From NCBI GenBank assembly GCA_964057225.1, contig OZ059900.1, positions 23,684,001 to 23,748,000 on the forward strand: a stretch of 64,000 nt of DNA, in the 5' to 3' direction. The DNA is from Auanema rhodensis. Lineage: Eukaryota; Animalia; Nematoda. The notes under the pieces are model-generated. The model was not told the origin of the DNA. It was given only the letters and a program-made list of their open reading frames with translations, and searched no databases. The position numbers were made by a program, and so were the translations under genes. Below, piece by piece: positions 24,876 through 40,100 of the stretch (position 1 is its first letter; the number at the start of each line of letters is the position of its first letter).

Positions 24876-27800
24876 AGCTAGGTTTCATTGACATTGCATG
24901 AGTTTGAACACATGAAATCGTAAGTCAAAACCTTGTTTACAGCGAAATTTCCAAAAACTGGTTTTCCAGCATAATAAAATATTTCTCATAGGAAATACTG
25001 TGTTTTTGTATTTTTCTAGTGTTCAGCATGTAAAATGCTTCATTTTAGTATGTAACACGCTGAAATTCGTTGCATTTGACGACTCATATGAACAAAAATC
25101 GATTTAATCAATATTAGCCATAAGGGGCGTGCCCTCAGAATATGCTAATTTCCTTAATTTTCTAACCCCTGTTTTTTTGTCGTGAAAGTGGAACTAGACG
25201 TTGTACGAACAATTTTGAGCTAGGTTTCATTGACATTGCATGAGTTTGAACACATGAAATCGTAAGTCAAAACCTTGTTTACAGCGAAATTTCCAAAAAC
25301 TGGTTTTCCAGCATAATAAAATATTTCTCATGGGAAATACTGTGTTTTTGTATTTTTCTAGTGTTCAGCATGTAAAATGCTTCATTTTAGTATGTAACAC
25401 GCTGAAATTCGTTGCATTTGACGACTCATATGAACAAAAATCGATTTAATCAATATTAGCCATAAGGGGCGTGCCCTCAGAATATGCTAATTTCCTTAAT
25501 TTTCTAACCCTTGTTTTTTTGTCGTGAAAGTGGAACTAGACGTTGTACGAACAATTTTGAGCTAGGTTTCATTGACATTGCATGAGTTTGAACACATGAA
25601 ATCGTAAGTCAAAACCTTGTTTACAGCGAAATTTCCAAAAACTGGTTTTCCAGCATAATAAATAATTTCTCATGGGAAATACTGTGTTTTTGTATTTTTC
25701 TAGTGTTCAGCATGTAAAATGCTTCATTTTAGTATGTAACACGCTGAAATTCGTTGCATTTGACGACTCATATGAACAAAAAATCGATTTAATCAATATT
25801 AGCCATAAGGGGCGTGCCCTCAGAATATGCTAATTTCCTTAATTTTCTAACCCCTGTTTTTTTGTCGTGAAAGTGGAACTAGACGTTGTACAAACAATTT
25901 TGAGCTAGGTTTCATTGACATTGCATGAGTTTGAACACATGAAATCGTAAGTCAAAACCTTGTTTACAGCGAAATTTCCAAAAACTGGTTTTCCAGCATA
26001 ATAAAATATTTCTCATGAGAAATACTGTGTTTTTGTATTTTTCTAGTGTTCAGCATGTTAAATGCTTCATTTTAGTATGTAACACGCTGAAATTCGTTGC
26101 ATTTGACGACTCATATGAACAAAAATCGATTTAATCAATATTAGCCATAAGGGGCGTGCCCTCAGAATATGCTAATTTCCTTAATTTTCTAACCCCTGTT
26201 TTTTTGTCGTGAAAGTGGAACTAGACGTTGTACGAACAATTTTGAGCTAGGTTTCATTGACATTGCATGAGTTTGAACACATGAAATCGTAAGTCAAAAC
26301 CTTGTTTACAGCGAAATTTCCAAAAACTGGTTTTCCAGCATAATAAAATATTTCTCATAGGAAATACTGTGTTTTTGTATTTTTCTAGTGTTCAGCATGT
26401 AAAATGCTTCATTTTAGTATGTAACACGCTGAAATTCGTTGCATTTGACGACTCATATGAACAAAAATCGATTTAATCAATATTAGCCATAAGGGGCGTG
26501 CCCTCAGAATATGCTAATTTCCTTAATTTTCTAACCCCTGTTTTTTTGTCGTGAAAGTGGAACTAGACGTTGTACGAACAATTTTGAGCTAGGTTTCATT
26601 GACATTGCATGAGTTTGAACACATGAAATCGTAAGTCAAAACCTTGTTTACAGCGAAATTTCCAAAAACTGGTTTTCCAGCATAATAAAATATTTCTCAT
26701 GGGAAATACTGTGTTTTTGTATTTTTCTAGTGTTCAGCATGTAAAATGCTTCATTTTAGTATGTAACACGCTGAAATTCGTTGCATTTGACGACTCATAT
26801 GAACAAAAATCGATTTAATCAATATTAGCCATAAGGGGCGTGCCCTCAGAATATGCTAATTTCCTTAATTTTCTAACCCTTGTTTTTTTGTCGTGAAAGT
26901 GGAACTAGACGTTGTACGAACAATTTTGAGCTAGGTTTCATTGACATTGCATGAGTTTGAACACATGAAATCGTAAGTCAAAACCTTGTTTACAGCGAAA
27001 TTTCCAAAAACTGGTTTTCCAGCATAATAAATAATTTCTCATGGGAAATACTGTGTTTTTGTATTTTTCTAGTGTTCAGCATGTAAAATGCTTCATTTTA
27101 GTATGTAACACGCTGAAATTCGTTGCATTTGACGACTCATATGAACAAAAAATCGATTTAATCAATATTAGCCATAAGGGGCGTGCCCTCAGAATATGCT
27201 AATTTCCTTAATTTTCTAACCCCTGTTTTTTTGTCGTGAAAGTGGAACTAGACGTTGTACAAACAATTTTGAGCTAGGTTTCATTGACATTGCATGAGTT
27301 TGAACACATGAAATCGTAAGTCAAAACCTTGTTTACAGCGAAATTTCCAAAAACTGGTTTTCCAGCATAATAAAATATTTCTCATGAGAAATACTGTGTT
27401 TTTGTATTTTTCTAGTGTTCAGCATGTTAAATGCTTCATTTTAGTATGTAACACGCTGAAATTCGTTGCATTTGACGACTCATATGAACAAAAATCGATT
27501 TAATCAATATTAGCCATAAGGGGCGTGCCCTCAGAATATGCTAATTTCCTTAATTTTCTAACCCCTGTTTTTTTGTCGTGAAAGTGGAACTAGACGTTGT
27601 ACGAACAATTTTGAGCTAGGTTTCATTGACATTGCATGAGTTTGAACACATGAAATCGTAAGTCAAAACCTTGTTTACAGCGAAATTTCCAAAAACTGGT
27701 TTTCCAGCATAATAAAATATTTCTCATAGGAAATACTGTGTTTTTGTATTTTTCTAGTGTTCAGCATGTAAAATGCTTCATTTTAGTATGTAACACGCTG

Positions 27801-27955
27801 AAATTCGTTGCATTTGACGACTCATATGAACAAAAATCGATTTAATCAATATTAGCCATAAGGGGCGTGCCCTCAGAATATGCTAATTTCCTTAATTTTC
27901 TAACCCCTGTTTTTTTGTCGTGAAAGTGGAACTAGACGTTGTACGAACAATTTTG
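24876..27955 (+). repeat. Satellite B 4-monomer HOR (1369 bp, ~2 copies)
   Basis: AATAATTTCT 25661/27030; CATGTTA 26054/27423. Confidence 0.85.
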
Positions 27956-30900
27956 AGCCAAGTTTCATTGACATTGCATGAGTTTGAACACATGAAATCG
28001 TAAGTCAAAACCTTGTTTACAGCGAAATTTCCAAAAACTGGTTTTCCAGCATAATAAAATATTTCTCATGAGAAATACTGTGTTTTTGTATTCTTTCAGT
28101 GTTCAGCATGTAAAATGCTTCATTTTAGTATGTAACACGCTGAAATTCGTTGCATTTGACGACTCATATGAACAAAAATCGATTTAATCAATATTAGCCA
28201 TAAGGGGCGTGCCCTCAGAATATGCTAATTTCCTTAATTTTCTAACCCCTGTTTTTTTGTCGTGAAAGTGGAACTAGACGTTGTACGAACAATTTTGAGC
28301 TAGGTTTCATTGACATTGCATGAGTTTGAACACATGAAATCGTAAGTCAAAACCTTGTTTACAGCGAAATTTCCAAAAACTGGTTTTCCAGCATAATAAA
28401 ATATTTCTCATAGGAAATACTGTGTTTTTGTATTTTTCTAGTGTTCAGCATGTAAAATGCTTCATTTTAGTATGTAACACGCTGAAATTCGTTGCATTTG
28501 ACGACTCATATGAACAAAAATCGATTTAATCAATATTAGCCATAAGGGGCGTGCCCTCAGAATATGCTAATTTCCTTAATTTTCTAACCCCTGTTTTTTT
28601 GTCGTGAAAGTGGAACTAGACGTTGTACGAACAATTTTGAGCTAGGTTTCATTGACATTGCATGAGTTTGAACACATGAAATCGTAAGTCAAAACCTTGT
28701 TTACAGCGAAATTTCCAAAAACTGGTTTTCCAGCATAATAAAATATTTCTCATGGGAAATACTGTGTTTTTGTATTTTTCTAGTGTTCAGCATGTAAAAT
28801 GCTTCATTTTAGTATGTAACACGCTGAAATTCGTTGCATTTGACGACTCATATGAACAAAAATCGATTTAATCAATATTAGCCATAAGGGGCGTGCCCTC
28901 AGAATATGCTAATTTCCTTAATTTTCTAACCCTTGTTTTTTTGTCGTGAAAGTGGAACTAGACGTTGTACGAACAATTTTGAGCTAGGTTTCATTGACAT
29001 TGCATGAGTTTGAACACATGAAATCGTAAGTCAAAACCTTGTTTACAGCGAAATTTCCAAAAACTGGTTTTCCAGCATAATAAAATATTTCTCATGGGAA
29101 ATACTGTGTTTTTGTATTTTTCTAGTGTTCAGCATGTAAAATGCTTCATTTTAGTATGTAACACGCTGAAATTCGTTGCATTTGACGACTCATATGAACA
29201 AAAATCGATTTAATCAATATTAGCCATAAGGGGCGTGCCCTCAGAATATGCTAATTTCCTTAATTTTCTAACCCCTGTTTTTTTGTCGTGAAAGTGGAAC
29301 TAGACGTTGTACAAATAATTTTGAGCTAGGTTTCATTGACATTGCATGAGTTTGAACAAATGAAATCGTAAGTCAAAACCTTGTTTACAGCGAAATTTCC
29401 AAAAACTGGTTTTCCAGCATAATAAAATATTTCTCATGGGAAATACTGTGTTTTTGTATTTTTCTAGTGTTCAGCATGTAAAATGCTTCATTTTAGTATG
29501 TAACACGCTGAAATTCGTTGCATTTGACGACTCATATGAACAAAAATCGATTTAATCAATATTAGCCATAAGGGGCGTGCCCTCAGAATATGCTAATTTC
29601 CTTAATTTTCTAACCCCTGTTTTTTTGTCTTGAAAGTGGAACTAGACGTTGTACGAACAACTTTGAGCTAGGTTTCATTGACATTGCATGAGTTTGAACA
29701 CATGAAATCGTAAGTCAAAACCTTGTTTACAGCGAAATTTCCAAAAACTGGTTTTCCAGCATAATAAAATATTTCTCATGGGAAATACTGTGTTTTTGTA
29801 TTTTTCTAGTGTTCAGCATGTAAAATGCTTCATTTTAGTATGTAACACGCTGAAATTCGTTGCATTTGACGACTCATATGAACAAAAATCGATTTAATCA
29901 ATATTAGCCATAAGGGGCGTGCCCTCAGAATATGCTAATTTCCTTAATTTTCTAACCCTTGTTTTTTTGTCGTGAAAGTGGAACTAGACGTTGTACGAAC
30001 AATTTTGAGCTAGGTTTCATTGACATTGCATGAGTTTGAACACATGAAATCGTAAGTCAAAACCTTGTTTACAGCGAAATTTCCAAAAACTGGTTTTCCA
30101 GCATAATAAAATATTTCTCATGAGAAATACTGTGTTTTTGTATTTTTCTAGTGTTCAGCATGTAAAATGCTTCATTTTAATATGTAACACGCTGAAATTC
30201 GTTGCATTTGACGACTCATATGAACAAAAATCGATTTAATCAATATTAGCCATAAGGGGCGTGCCCTCAGAATATGCTAATTTCCTTAATTTTCTAACCC
30301 CTGTTTTTTTGTCGTGAAAGTGGAACTAGACGTTGTACGAACAATTTTGAGCTAGGTTTCATTGACATTGCATGAGTTTGAACACATGAAATCGTAAGTC
30401 AAAACCTTGTTTACAGCGAAATTTCCAAAAACTGGTTTTCCAGCATAATAAAATATTTCTCATAGGAAATACTGTGTTTTTGTATTTTTCTAGTGTTCAG
30501 CATGTAAAATGCTTCATTTTAGTATGTAACACGCTGAAATTCGTTGCATTTGACGACTCATATGAACAAAAATCGATTTAATCAATATTAGCCATAAGGG
30601 GCGTGCCCTCAGAATATGCTAATTTCCTTAATTTTCTAACCCCTGTTTTTTTGTCGTGAAAGTGGAACTAGACGTTGTACGAACAATTTTGAGCCAAGTT
30701 TCATTGACATTGCATGAGTTTGAACACATGAAATCGTAAGTCAAAACCTTGTTTACAGCGAAATTTCCAAAAACTGGTTTTCCAGCATAATAAAATATTT
30801 CTCATGGGAAATACTGTGTTTTTGTATTTTTCTAGTGTTCAGCATGTAAAATGCTTCATTTTAGTATGTAACACGCTGAAATTCGTTGCATTTGACGACT

Positions 30901-32058
30901 CATATGAACAAAAATCGATTTAATCAATATTAGCCATAAGGGGCGTGCCCTCAGAATATGCTAATTTCCTTAATTTTCTAACCCCTGTTTTTTTGTCGTG
31001 AAAGTGGAACTAGACGTTGTACGAACAATTTTGAGCTAGGTTTCATTGACATTGCATGAGTTTGAACACATGAAATCGTAAGTCAAAACCTTGTTTACAG
31101 CGAAATTTCCAAAAACTGGTTTTCCAGCATAATAAAATATTTCTCATGGGAAATACTGTGTTTTTGTATTTTTCTAGTGTTCAGCATGTAAAATGCTTCA
31201 TTTTAGTATGTAACACGCTGAAATTCGTTGCATTTGACGACTCATATGAACAAAAATCGATTTAATCAATATTAGCCATAAGGGGCGTGCTCTCAGAATA
31301 TGCTAATTTCCTTAATTTTCTAACCCTTGTTTTTTTGTCGTAAAAGTGGAACTAGACGTTGTACGAACAATTTTGAGCTAGGTTTCATTGACATTGCATG
31401 AGTTTGAACACATGAAATCGTAAGTCAAAACCTTGTTTACAGCGAAATTTCCAAAAACTGGTTTTCCAGCATAATAAAATATTTCTCATGGGAAATACTG
31501 TGTTTTTGTATTTTTCTAGTGTTCAGCATGTAAAATGCTTCATTTTAGTATGTAACACGCTGAAATTCGTTGCATTTGACGACTCATATGAACAAAAATC
31601 GATTTAATCAATATTAGCCATAAGGGGCGTGCCCTCAGAATATGCTAATTTCCTTAATTTTCTAACCCCTGTTTTTTTGTCGTGAAAGTGGAACTAGACG
31701 TTGTACGAACAATTTTGAGCTAGGTTTCATTAACATTGCATGAGTTTGAACTCATGAAATCGTAAGTCAAAACCTTGTTTACAGCGAAAATTCCAAAAAC
31801 TGGTTTCCAGCATAATAAAATATTTCTCATGGGAAATACTGTGTTTTTGTATTTTTCTAGTGTTCAGCATGTAAAATGCTTCATTTAAGTATGTAACACG
31901 CTGAAATTCGTTGCATTTGACGACTCATATGAACAAAAATCGATTTAATCAATATTAGCCATAAGGGGCGTGCCCTCAGAATATGCTAATTTCCTTAATT
32001 TTCTAACCCTTGTTTTTTTGTCGTGAAAGTGGAACTAGACGTTGTACGAACAATTTTG

Positions 32059-34112
32059 AGCTAGGTTTCATTGACATTGCATGAGTTTGAACACATGAAA
32101 TCGTAAGTCAAAACCTTGTTTACAGCGAAATTTCCAAAAACTGGTTTTCCAGCATAATAAATAATTTCTCATGGGAAATACTGTGTTTTTGTATTTTTCT
32201 AGTGTTCAGCATGTAAAATGCTTCATTTTAGTATGTAACACGCTGAAATTCGTTGCATTTGACGACTCATATGAACAAAAAATCGATTTAATCAATATTA
32301 GCCATAAGGGGCGTGCCCTCAGAATATGCTAATTTCCTTAATTTTCTAACCCCTGTTTTTTTGTCGTGAAAGTGGAACTAGACGTTGTACAAACAATTTT
32401 GAGCTAGGTTTCATTGACATTGCATGAGTTTGAACACATGAAATCGTAAGTCAAAACCTTGTTTACAGCGAAATTTCCAAAAACTGGTTTTCCAGCATAA
32501 TAAAATATTTCTCATGAGAAATACTGTGTTTTTGTATTTTTCTAGTGTTCAGCATGTTAAATGCTTCATTTTAGTATGTAACACGCTGAAATTCGTTGCA
32601 TTTGACGACTCATATGAACAAAAATCGATTTAATCAATATTAGCCATAAGGGGCGTGCCCTCAGAATATGCTAATTTCCTTAATTTTCTAACCCCTGTTT
32701 TTTTGTCGTGAAAGTGGAACTAGACGTTGTACGAACAATTTTGAGCTAGGTTTCATTGACATTGCATGAGTTTGAACACATGAAATCGTAAGTCAAAACC
32801 TTGTTTACAGCGAAATTTCCAAAAACTGGTTTTCCAGCATAATAAAATATTTCTCATAGGAAATACTGTGTTTTTGTATTTTTCTAGTGTTCAGCATGTA
32901 AAATGCTTCATTTTAGTATGTAACACGCTGAAATTCGTTGCATTTGACGACTCATATGAACAAAAATCGATTTAATCAATATTAGCCATAAGGGGCGTGC
33001 CCTCAGAATATGCTAATTTCCTTAATTTTCTAACCCTTGTTTTTTTGTCGTGAAAGTGGAACTAGACGTTGTACGAACAATTTTGAGCTAGGTTTCATTG
33101 ACATTGCATGAGTTTGAACACATGAAATCGTAAGTCAAAACCTTGTTTACAGCGAAATTTCCAAAAACTGGTTTTCCAGCATAATAAATAATTTCTCATG
33201 GGAAATACTGTGTTTTTGTATTTTTCTAGTGTTCAGCATGTAAAATGCTTCATTTTAGTATGTAACACGCTGAAATTCGTTGCATTTGACGACTCATATG
33301 AACAAAAAATCGATTTAATCAATATTAGCCATAAGGGGCGTGCCCTCAGAATATGCTAATTTCCTTAATTTTCTAACCCCTGTTTTTTTGTCGTGAAAGT
33401 GGAACTAGACGTTGTACAAACAATTTTGAGCTAGGTTTCATTGACATTGCATGAGTTTGAACACATGAAATCGTAAGTCAAAACCTTGTTTACAGCGAAA
33501 TTTCCAAAAACTGGTTTTCCAGCATAATAAAATATTTCTCATGAGAAATACTGTGTTTTTGTATTTTTCTAGTGTTCAGCATGTTAAATGCTTCATTTTA
33601 GTATGTAACACGCTGAAATTCGTTGCATTTGACGACTCATATGAACAAAAATCGATTTAATCAATATTAGCCATAAGGGGCGTGCCCTCAGAATATGCTA
33701 ATTTCCTTAATTTTCTAACCCCTGTTTTTTTGTCGTGAAAGTGGAACTAGACGTTGTACGAACAATTTTGAGCTAGGTTTCATTGACATTGCATGAGTTT
33801 GAACACATGAAATCGTAAGTCAAAACCTTGTTTACAGCGAAATTTCCAAAAACTGGTTTTCCAGCATAATAAAATATTTCTCATAGGAAATACTGTGTTT
33901 TTGTATTTTTCTAGTGTTCAGCATGTAAAATGCTTCATTTTAGTATGTAACACGCTGAAATTCGTTGCATTTGACGACTCATATGAACAAAAATCGATTT
34001 AATCAATATTAGCCATAAGGGGCGTGCCCTCAGAATATGCTAATTTCCTTAATTTTCTAACCCCTGTTTTTTTGTCGTGAAAGTGGAACTAGACGTTGTA
34101 CGAACAATTTTG
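32059..34112 (+). repeat. Satellite B 3-monomer HOR (1027 bp x 2) using the same variants as the 4-mer
   Basis: AATAATTTCT 32160/33187, each followed by the A6, TACAAAC, CATGAGA, CATGTTA and CATAGG variants. Confidence 0.85.
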
Positions 34113-37100
34113 AGCCAAGTTTCATTGACATTGCATGAGTTTGAACACATGAAATCGTAAGTCAAAACCTTGTTTACAGCGAAATTTCCAAAAACTGGTT
34201 TTCCAGCATAATAAAATATTTCTCATGGGAAATACTGTGTTTTTGTATTCTTTTAGTGTTCAGCATGTAAAATGCTTCATTTTAGTATGTAACACGCTGA
34301 AATTCGTTGCATTTGACGACTCATATGAACAAAAATCGATTTAATCAATATTAGCCATAAGGGGCGTGCCCTCAGAATATGCTAATTTCCTTAATTTTCT
34401 AACCCCTGTTTTTTTGTCGTGAAAGTGGAACTAGACGTTGTACGAACAATTTTGAGCTAGGTTTCATTGACATTGCATGAGTTTGAACACATGAAATCGT
34501 AAGTCAAAACCTTGTTTACAGCGAAATTTCCAAAAACTGGTTTTCCAGCATAATAAAATATTTCTCATAGGAAATACTGTGTTTTTGTATTTTTCTAGTG
34601 TTCAGCATGTAAAATGCTTCATTTTAGTATGTAACACGCTGAAATTCGTTGCATTTGACGACTCATATGAACAAAAATCGATTTAATCAATATTAGCCAT
34701 AAGGGGCGTGCCCTCAGAATATGCTAATTTCCTTAATTTTCTAACCCCTGTTTTTTTGTCGTGAAAGTGGAACTAGACGTTGTACGAACAATTTTGAGCT
34801 AGGTTTCATTGACATTGCATGAGTTTGAACACATGAAATCGTAAGTCAAAACCTTGTTTACAGCGAAATTTCCAAAAACTGGTTTTCCAGCATAATAAAA
34901 TATTTCTCATGGGAAATACTGTGTTTTTGTATTTTTCTAGTGTTCAGCATGTAAAATGCTTCATTTTAGTATGTAACACGCTGAAATTCGTTGCATTTGA
35001 CGACTCATATGAACAAAAATCGATTTAATCAATATTAGCCATAAGGGGCGTGCCCTCAGAATATGCTAATTTCCTTAATTTTCTAACCCCTGTTTTTTTG
35101 TCTTGAAAGTGGAACTAGACGTTGTACGAACAATTTTGAGCTAGGTTTCATTGACATTGCATGAGTTTGAACACATGAAATCGTAAGTCAAAACCTTGTT
35201 TACAGCGAAATTTCCAAAAACTGGTTTTCCAGCATAATAAAATATTTCTCATGGGAAATACTGTGTTTTTTATTTTTCTAGTGTTCAGCATGTAAAATGC
35301 TTCATTTTAGTATGTAACACGCTGAAATTCGTTGCATTTGACGACTCATATGAACAAAAATCGATTTAATCAATATTAGCCATAAGGGGCGTGCCCTCAG
35401 AATATGCTAATTTCCTTAATTTTCTAACCCCTGTTTTTTTGTCGTGAAAGTGGAACTAGACGTTGTACAAATAATTTTGAGCTAGGTTTCATTGACATTG
35501 CATGAGTTTGAACAAATGAAATCGTAAGTCAAAACCTTGTTTACAGCGAAATTTCCAAAAACTGGTTTTCCAGCATAATAAAATATTTCTCATGGGAAAT
35601 ACTGTGTTTTTGTATTTTTCTAGTGTTCAGCATGTAAAATGCTTCATTTTAGTATGTAACACGCTGAAATTCGTTGCATTTGACGACTCATATGAACAAA
35701 AATCGATTTAATCAATATTAGCCATAAGGGGCGTGCCCTCAGAATATGCTAATTTCCTTAATTTTCTAACCCCTGTTTTTTTGTCTTGAAAGTGGAACTA
35801 GACGTTGTACGAACAATTTTGAGCTAGGTTACATTGACATTGCATGAGTTTGAACACATGAAATCGTAAGTCAAAACCTTGTTACAGCGAAATTTCCAAA
35901 AACTGGTTTTCCAGCATAATAAAATATTTCTCATGGGAAATACTGTGTTTTTGTATTTTTCTAGTGTTCAGCATGTAAAATGCTTCATTTTAGTATGTAA
36001 CACGCTGAAATTCGTTGCATTTGACGACTCATATGAACAAAAATCGATTTAATCAATATTAGCCATAAGGGGCGTGCCCTCAGAATATGCTAATTTCCTT
36101 AATTTTCTAACCCCTGTTTTTTTGTCGTGAAAGTGGAACTAGACGTTGTACGAACAATTTTGAGCTAGGTTTCATTGACATTGCATGAGTTTGAACACAT
36201 GAAATCGTAAGTCAAAACCTTGTTTACAGCGAAATTTCCAAAAACTGGTTTTCCAGCATAATAAAATATTTCTCATGGGAAATACTGTGTTTTTGTATTT
36301 TTCTAGTGTTCAGCATGTAAAATGCTTCATTTTAGTATGTAACACGCTGAAATTCGTTGCATTTGACGACTCATATGAACAAAAATCGATTTAATCAATA
36401 TTAGCCATAAGGGGCGTGCCCTCAGAATATGCTAATTTCCTTAATTTTCTAACCCCTGTTTTTTTGTCGTGAAAGTGGAACTAGACGTTGTACGAACAAT
36501 TTTGAGCTAGGTTTCATTGACATTGCATGAGCTTGAACACATGAAATCGTAAGTCAAAACCTTGTTTACAGCGAAATTTCCAAAAACTGGTTTTCCAGCA
36601 TAATAAAATATTTCTCATGGGAAATACTGTGTTTTTGTATTTTTCTAGTGTTCAGCATGTAAAATGCTTCATTTTAGTATGTAACACGCTGAAATTCCTT
36701 GCATTTGACGACTCATATGAACAAAAATCGATTTAATCAATATTAGCCATAAGGGGCGTGCCCTCAGAATATGCTAATTTCCTTAATTTTCTAACCCTTG
36801 TTTTTTTGTCGTGAAAGTGGAACTAGACGTTGTACAAACAATTTTGAGCTAGGTTTCATTGACATTGCATGAGTTTGAACACATGAAATCGTAAGTCAAA
36901 ACCTTGTTTACAGCGAAATTTCCAAAAACTGGTTTTCCAGCATAATAAAATATTTCTCATGGGAAATACTGTGTTTTTGTATTTTTCTAGTGTTCAGCAT
37001 GTAAAATGCTTCATTTTAGTATGTAACACGCTGAAATTCGTTGCATTTGACGACTCATATGAACAAAAATCGATTTAATCAATATTAGCCATAAGGGGCG

Positions 37101-40100
37101 TGCCCTCAGAATATGCTAATTTCCTTAATTTTCTAACCCCTGTTTTTTTGTCGTGAAAGTGGAACTAGACGTTGTACGAACAATTTTGAGCTAGGTTTCA
37201 TTGACATTGCATGAGTTTGAACACATAAAATCGTAAGTCAAAACCTTGTTTACAGCGAAATTTCCAAAAACTGGTTTTCCAGCATAATAAAATATTTCTC
37301 ATGGGAAATACTGTGTTTTTGTATTTTTCTGATGTTCAGCATGTAAAATGCTTCATTTTAGTATGTAACACGCTGAAATTCGTTGCATTTGACGACTCAT
37401 ATGAACAAAAATCGATTTAATCAATATTAGCCATAAGGGGCGTGCCCTCAGAATATGCTAATTTCCTTAATTTTCTAACCCCTGTTTTTTCGTCGTGAAA
37501 GTGGAACTAGACGTTGTACGAACAATTTTGAGCTAGGTTTCATTGACATTGCATGAGTTTGAACACATGAAATCGTAAGTCAAAACCTTGTTTACAGCGA
37601 AATTTCCAAAAACTGGTTTTCCAGCATAATAAAATATTTCTCATGGGAAATACTGTGTTTTTGTATTTTTCTAGTGTTCAGCATGTAAAATGCTTCATTT
37701 TAGTATGTAACACGCTGAAATTCGTTGCATTTGACGACTCATATGAACAAAAATCGATTTAATCAATATTAGCCATTAGGGGCGTGCCCTCAGAATATGC
37801 TAATTTCCTTAATTTTCTAACCCCTGTTTTTTTGTCGTGAAAGTGGAACTAGACGTTGTACGAACAATTTTGAGCTAGGTTACATTGACATTGCATGAGT
37901 TTGAACACATGAAATCGTAAGTCAAAACCTTGTTTACAGCGAAATTTCCAAAAACTGGTTTTCCAGCATAATAAAATATTTTTCATGGGAAATACTGTGT
38001 TTTTGTATTTTTCTAGTGTTCAGCATGTAAAATGCTTCATTTTAGTATGTAACACGCTGAAATTCGTTGCATTTGACGACTCATATGAACAAAAATCGAT
38101 TTAATCAATATTAGCCATAAGGGGCGTGCCCTCAGAATATGCTAATTTCCTTAATTTTCTAACCCTTGTTTTTTTGTCGTGAAACTGGAACTAGACGTTG
38201 TACAAACAATTTTGAGCTAGGTTTCATTGACATTGCATGAGTTTGAACACATAAAATCGTAAGTCAAAACCTTGTTTACAGCGAAATTTCCAAAAACTGG
38301 TTTTCCAGCATAATAAAATATTTCTCATGGGAAATACTGTGTTTTTGTATTTTTCTAGTGTTCAGCATGTAAAATGCTTCATTTTAGTATGTAACACGCT
38401 GAAATTCGTTGCATTTGACGACTCATATGAACAAAAATCGATTTAATCAATATTAGCCATAAGGGGCGTGCCCTCAGAATATGCTAATTTCCTTAATTTT
38501 CTAACCCCTGTTTTTTTGTCGTGAAAGTGGAACTAGACGTTGTACGAACAATTTTGAGCTAGGTTACATTGACATTGCATGAGTTTGAACACATGAAATC
38601 GTAAGTCAATACCTTGTTTACAGCGAAATTTCCAAAAACTGGTTTTCCAGCATAATAAAATATTTTTCATGGGAAATACTGTGTTTTTGTATTTTTCTAG
38701 TGTTCAGCATGTAAAATGCTTCATTTTAGTATGTAACACGCTGAAATTCGTTGCATTTGACGACTCATATGAACAAAAATCGATTTAATCAATATTAGCC
38801 ATAAGGGGCGTGCCCTCAGAATATGCTAATTTCCTTAATTTTCTAACCCTTGTTTTTTTGTCGTGAAACTGGAACTAGACGTTGTACAAACAATTTTGAG
38901 CTAGGTTTCATTGACATTGCATGAGTTTGAACACATGAAATCGTAAGTCAAAACCTTGTTTACAGCGAAATTTCCAAAAACTGGTTTTCCAGCATAATAA
39001 AATATTTCTCATGGGAAATACTGTGTTTTTGTATTTTTCTAGTGTTCAGCATGTAAAATGCTTCATTTTAGTATGTAACACGCTGAAATTCGTTGCATTT
39101 GACGACTCATATGAACAAAAATCGATTTAATCAATATTAGCCATAAGGGGCGTGCCCTCAGAATATGCTAATTTCCTTAATTTTCTAACCCCTGTTTTTT
39201 CGTCGTGAAAGTGGAACTAGACGTTGTACGAACAATTTTGAGCTAGGTTTCATTGACATTGCATGAGTTTGAACACATGAAATCGTAAGTCAAAACCTTG
39301 TTTACAGCGAAATTTCCAAAAACTGGTTTTCCAGCATAATAAAATATTTCTCATAGGAAATACTGTGTTTTTGTATTTTTCTAGTGTTCAGCATGTAAAA
39401 TGCTTCATTTTAGTATGTAACACGCTGAAATTCGTTGCATTTGACGACTCATATGAACAAAAATCGATTTAATCAATATTAGCCATAAGGGGCGTGCCCT
39501 CAGAATATGCTAATTTCCTTAATTTTCTAACCCCTGTTTTTTTGTCGTGAAAGTGGAACTAGACGTTGTACGAACAATTTTGAGCTAGGTTACATTGACA
39601 TTGCATGAGTTTGAACACATGAAATCGTAAGTCAAAACCTTGTTTACAGCGAAATTTCCAAAAACTGGTTTTCCAGCATAATAAAATATTTTTCATGGGA
39701 AATACTGTGTTTTTGTATTTTTCTAGTGTTCAGCATGTAAAATGCTTCATTTTAGTATGTAACACGCTGAAATTCGTTGCATTTGACGACTCATATGAAC
39801 AAAAATCGATTTAATCAATATTAGCCATAAGGGGCGTGCCCTCAGAATATGCTAATTTCCTTAATTTTCTAACCCTTGTTTTTTTGTCGTGAAACTGGAA
39901 CTAGACGTTGTACAAACAATTTTGAGCTAGGTTTCATTGACATTGCATGAGTTTGAACACATGAAATCGTAAGTCAAAACCTTGTTTACAGCGAAATTTC
40001 CAAAAACTGGTTTTCCAGCATAATAAAATATTTCTCATGGGAAATACTGTGTTTTTGTATTTTTCTAGTGTTCAGCATGTAAAATGCTTCATTTTAGTAT

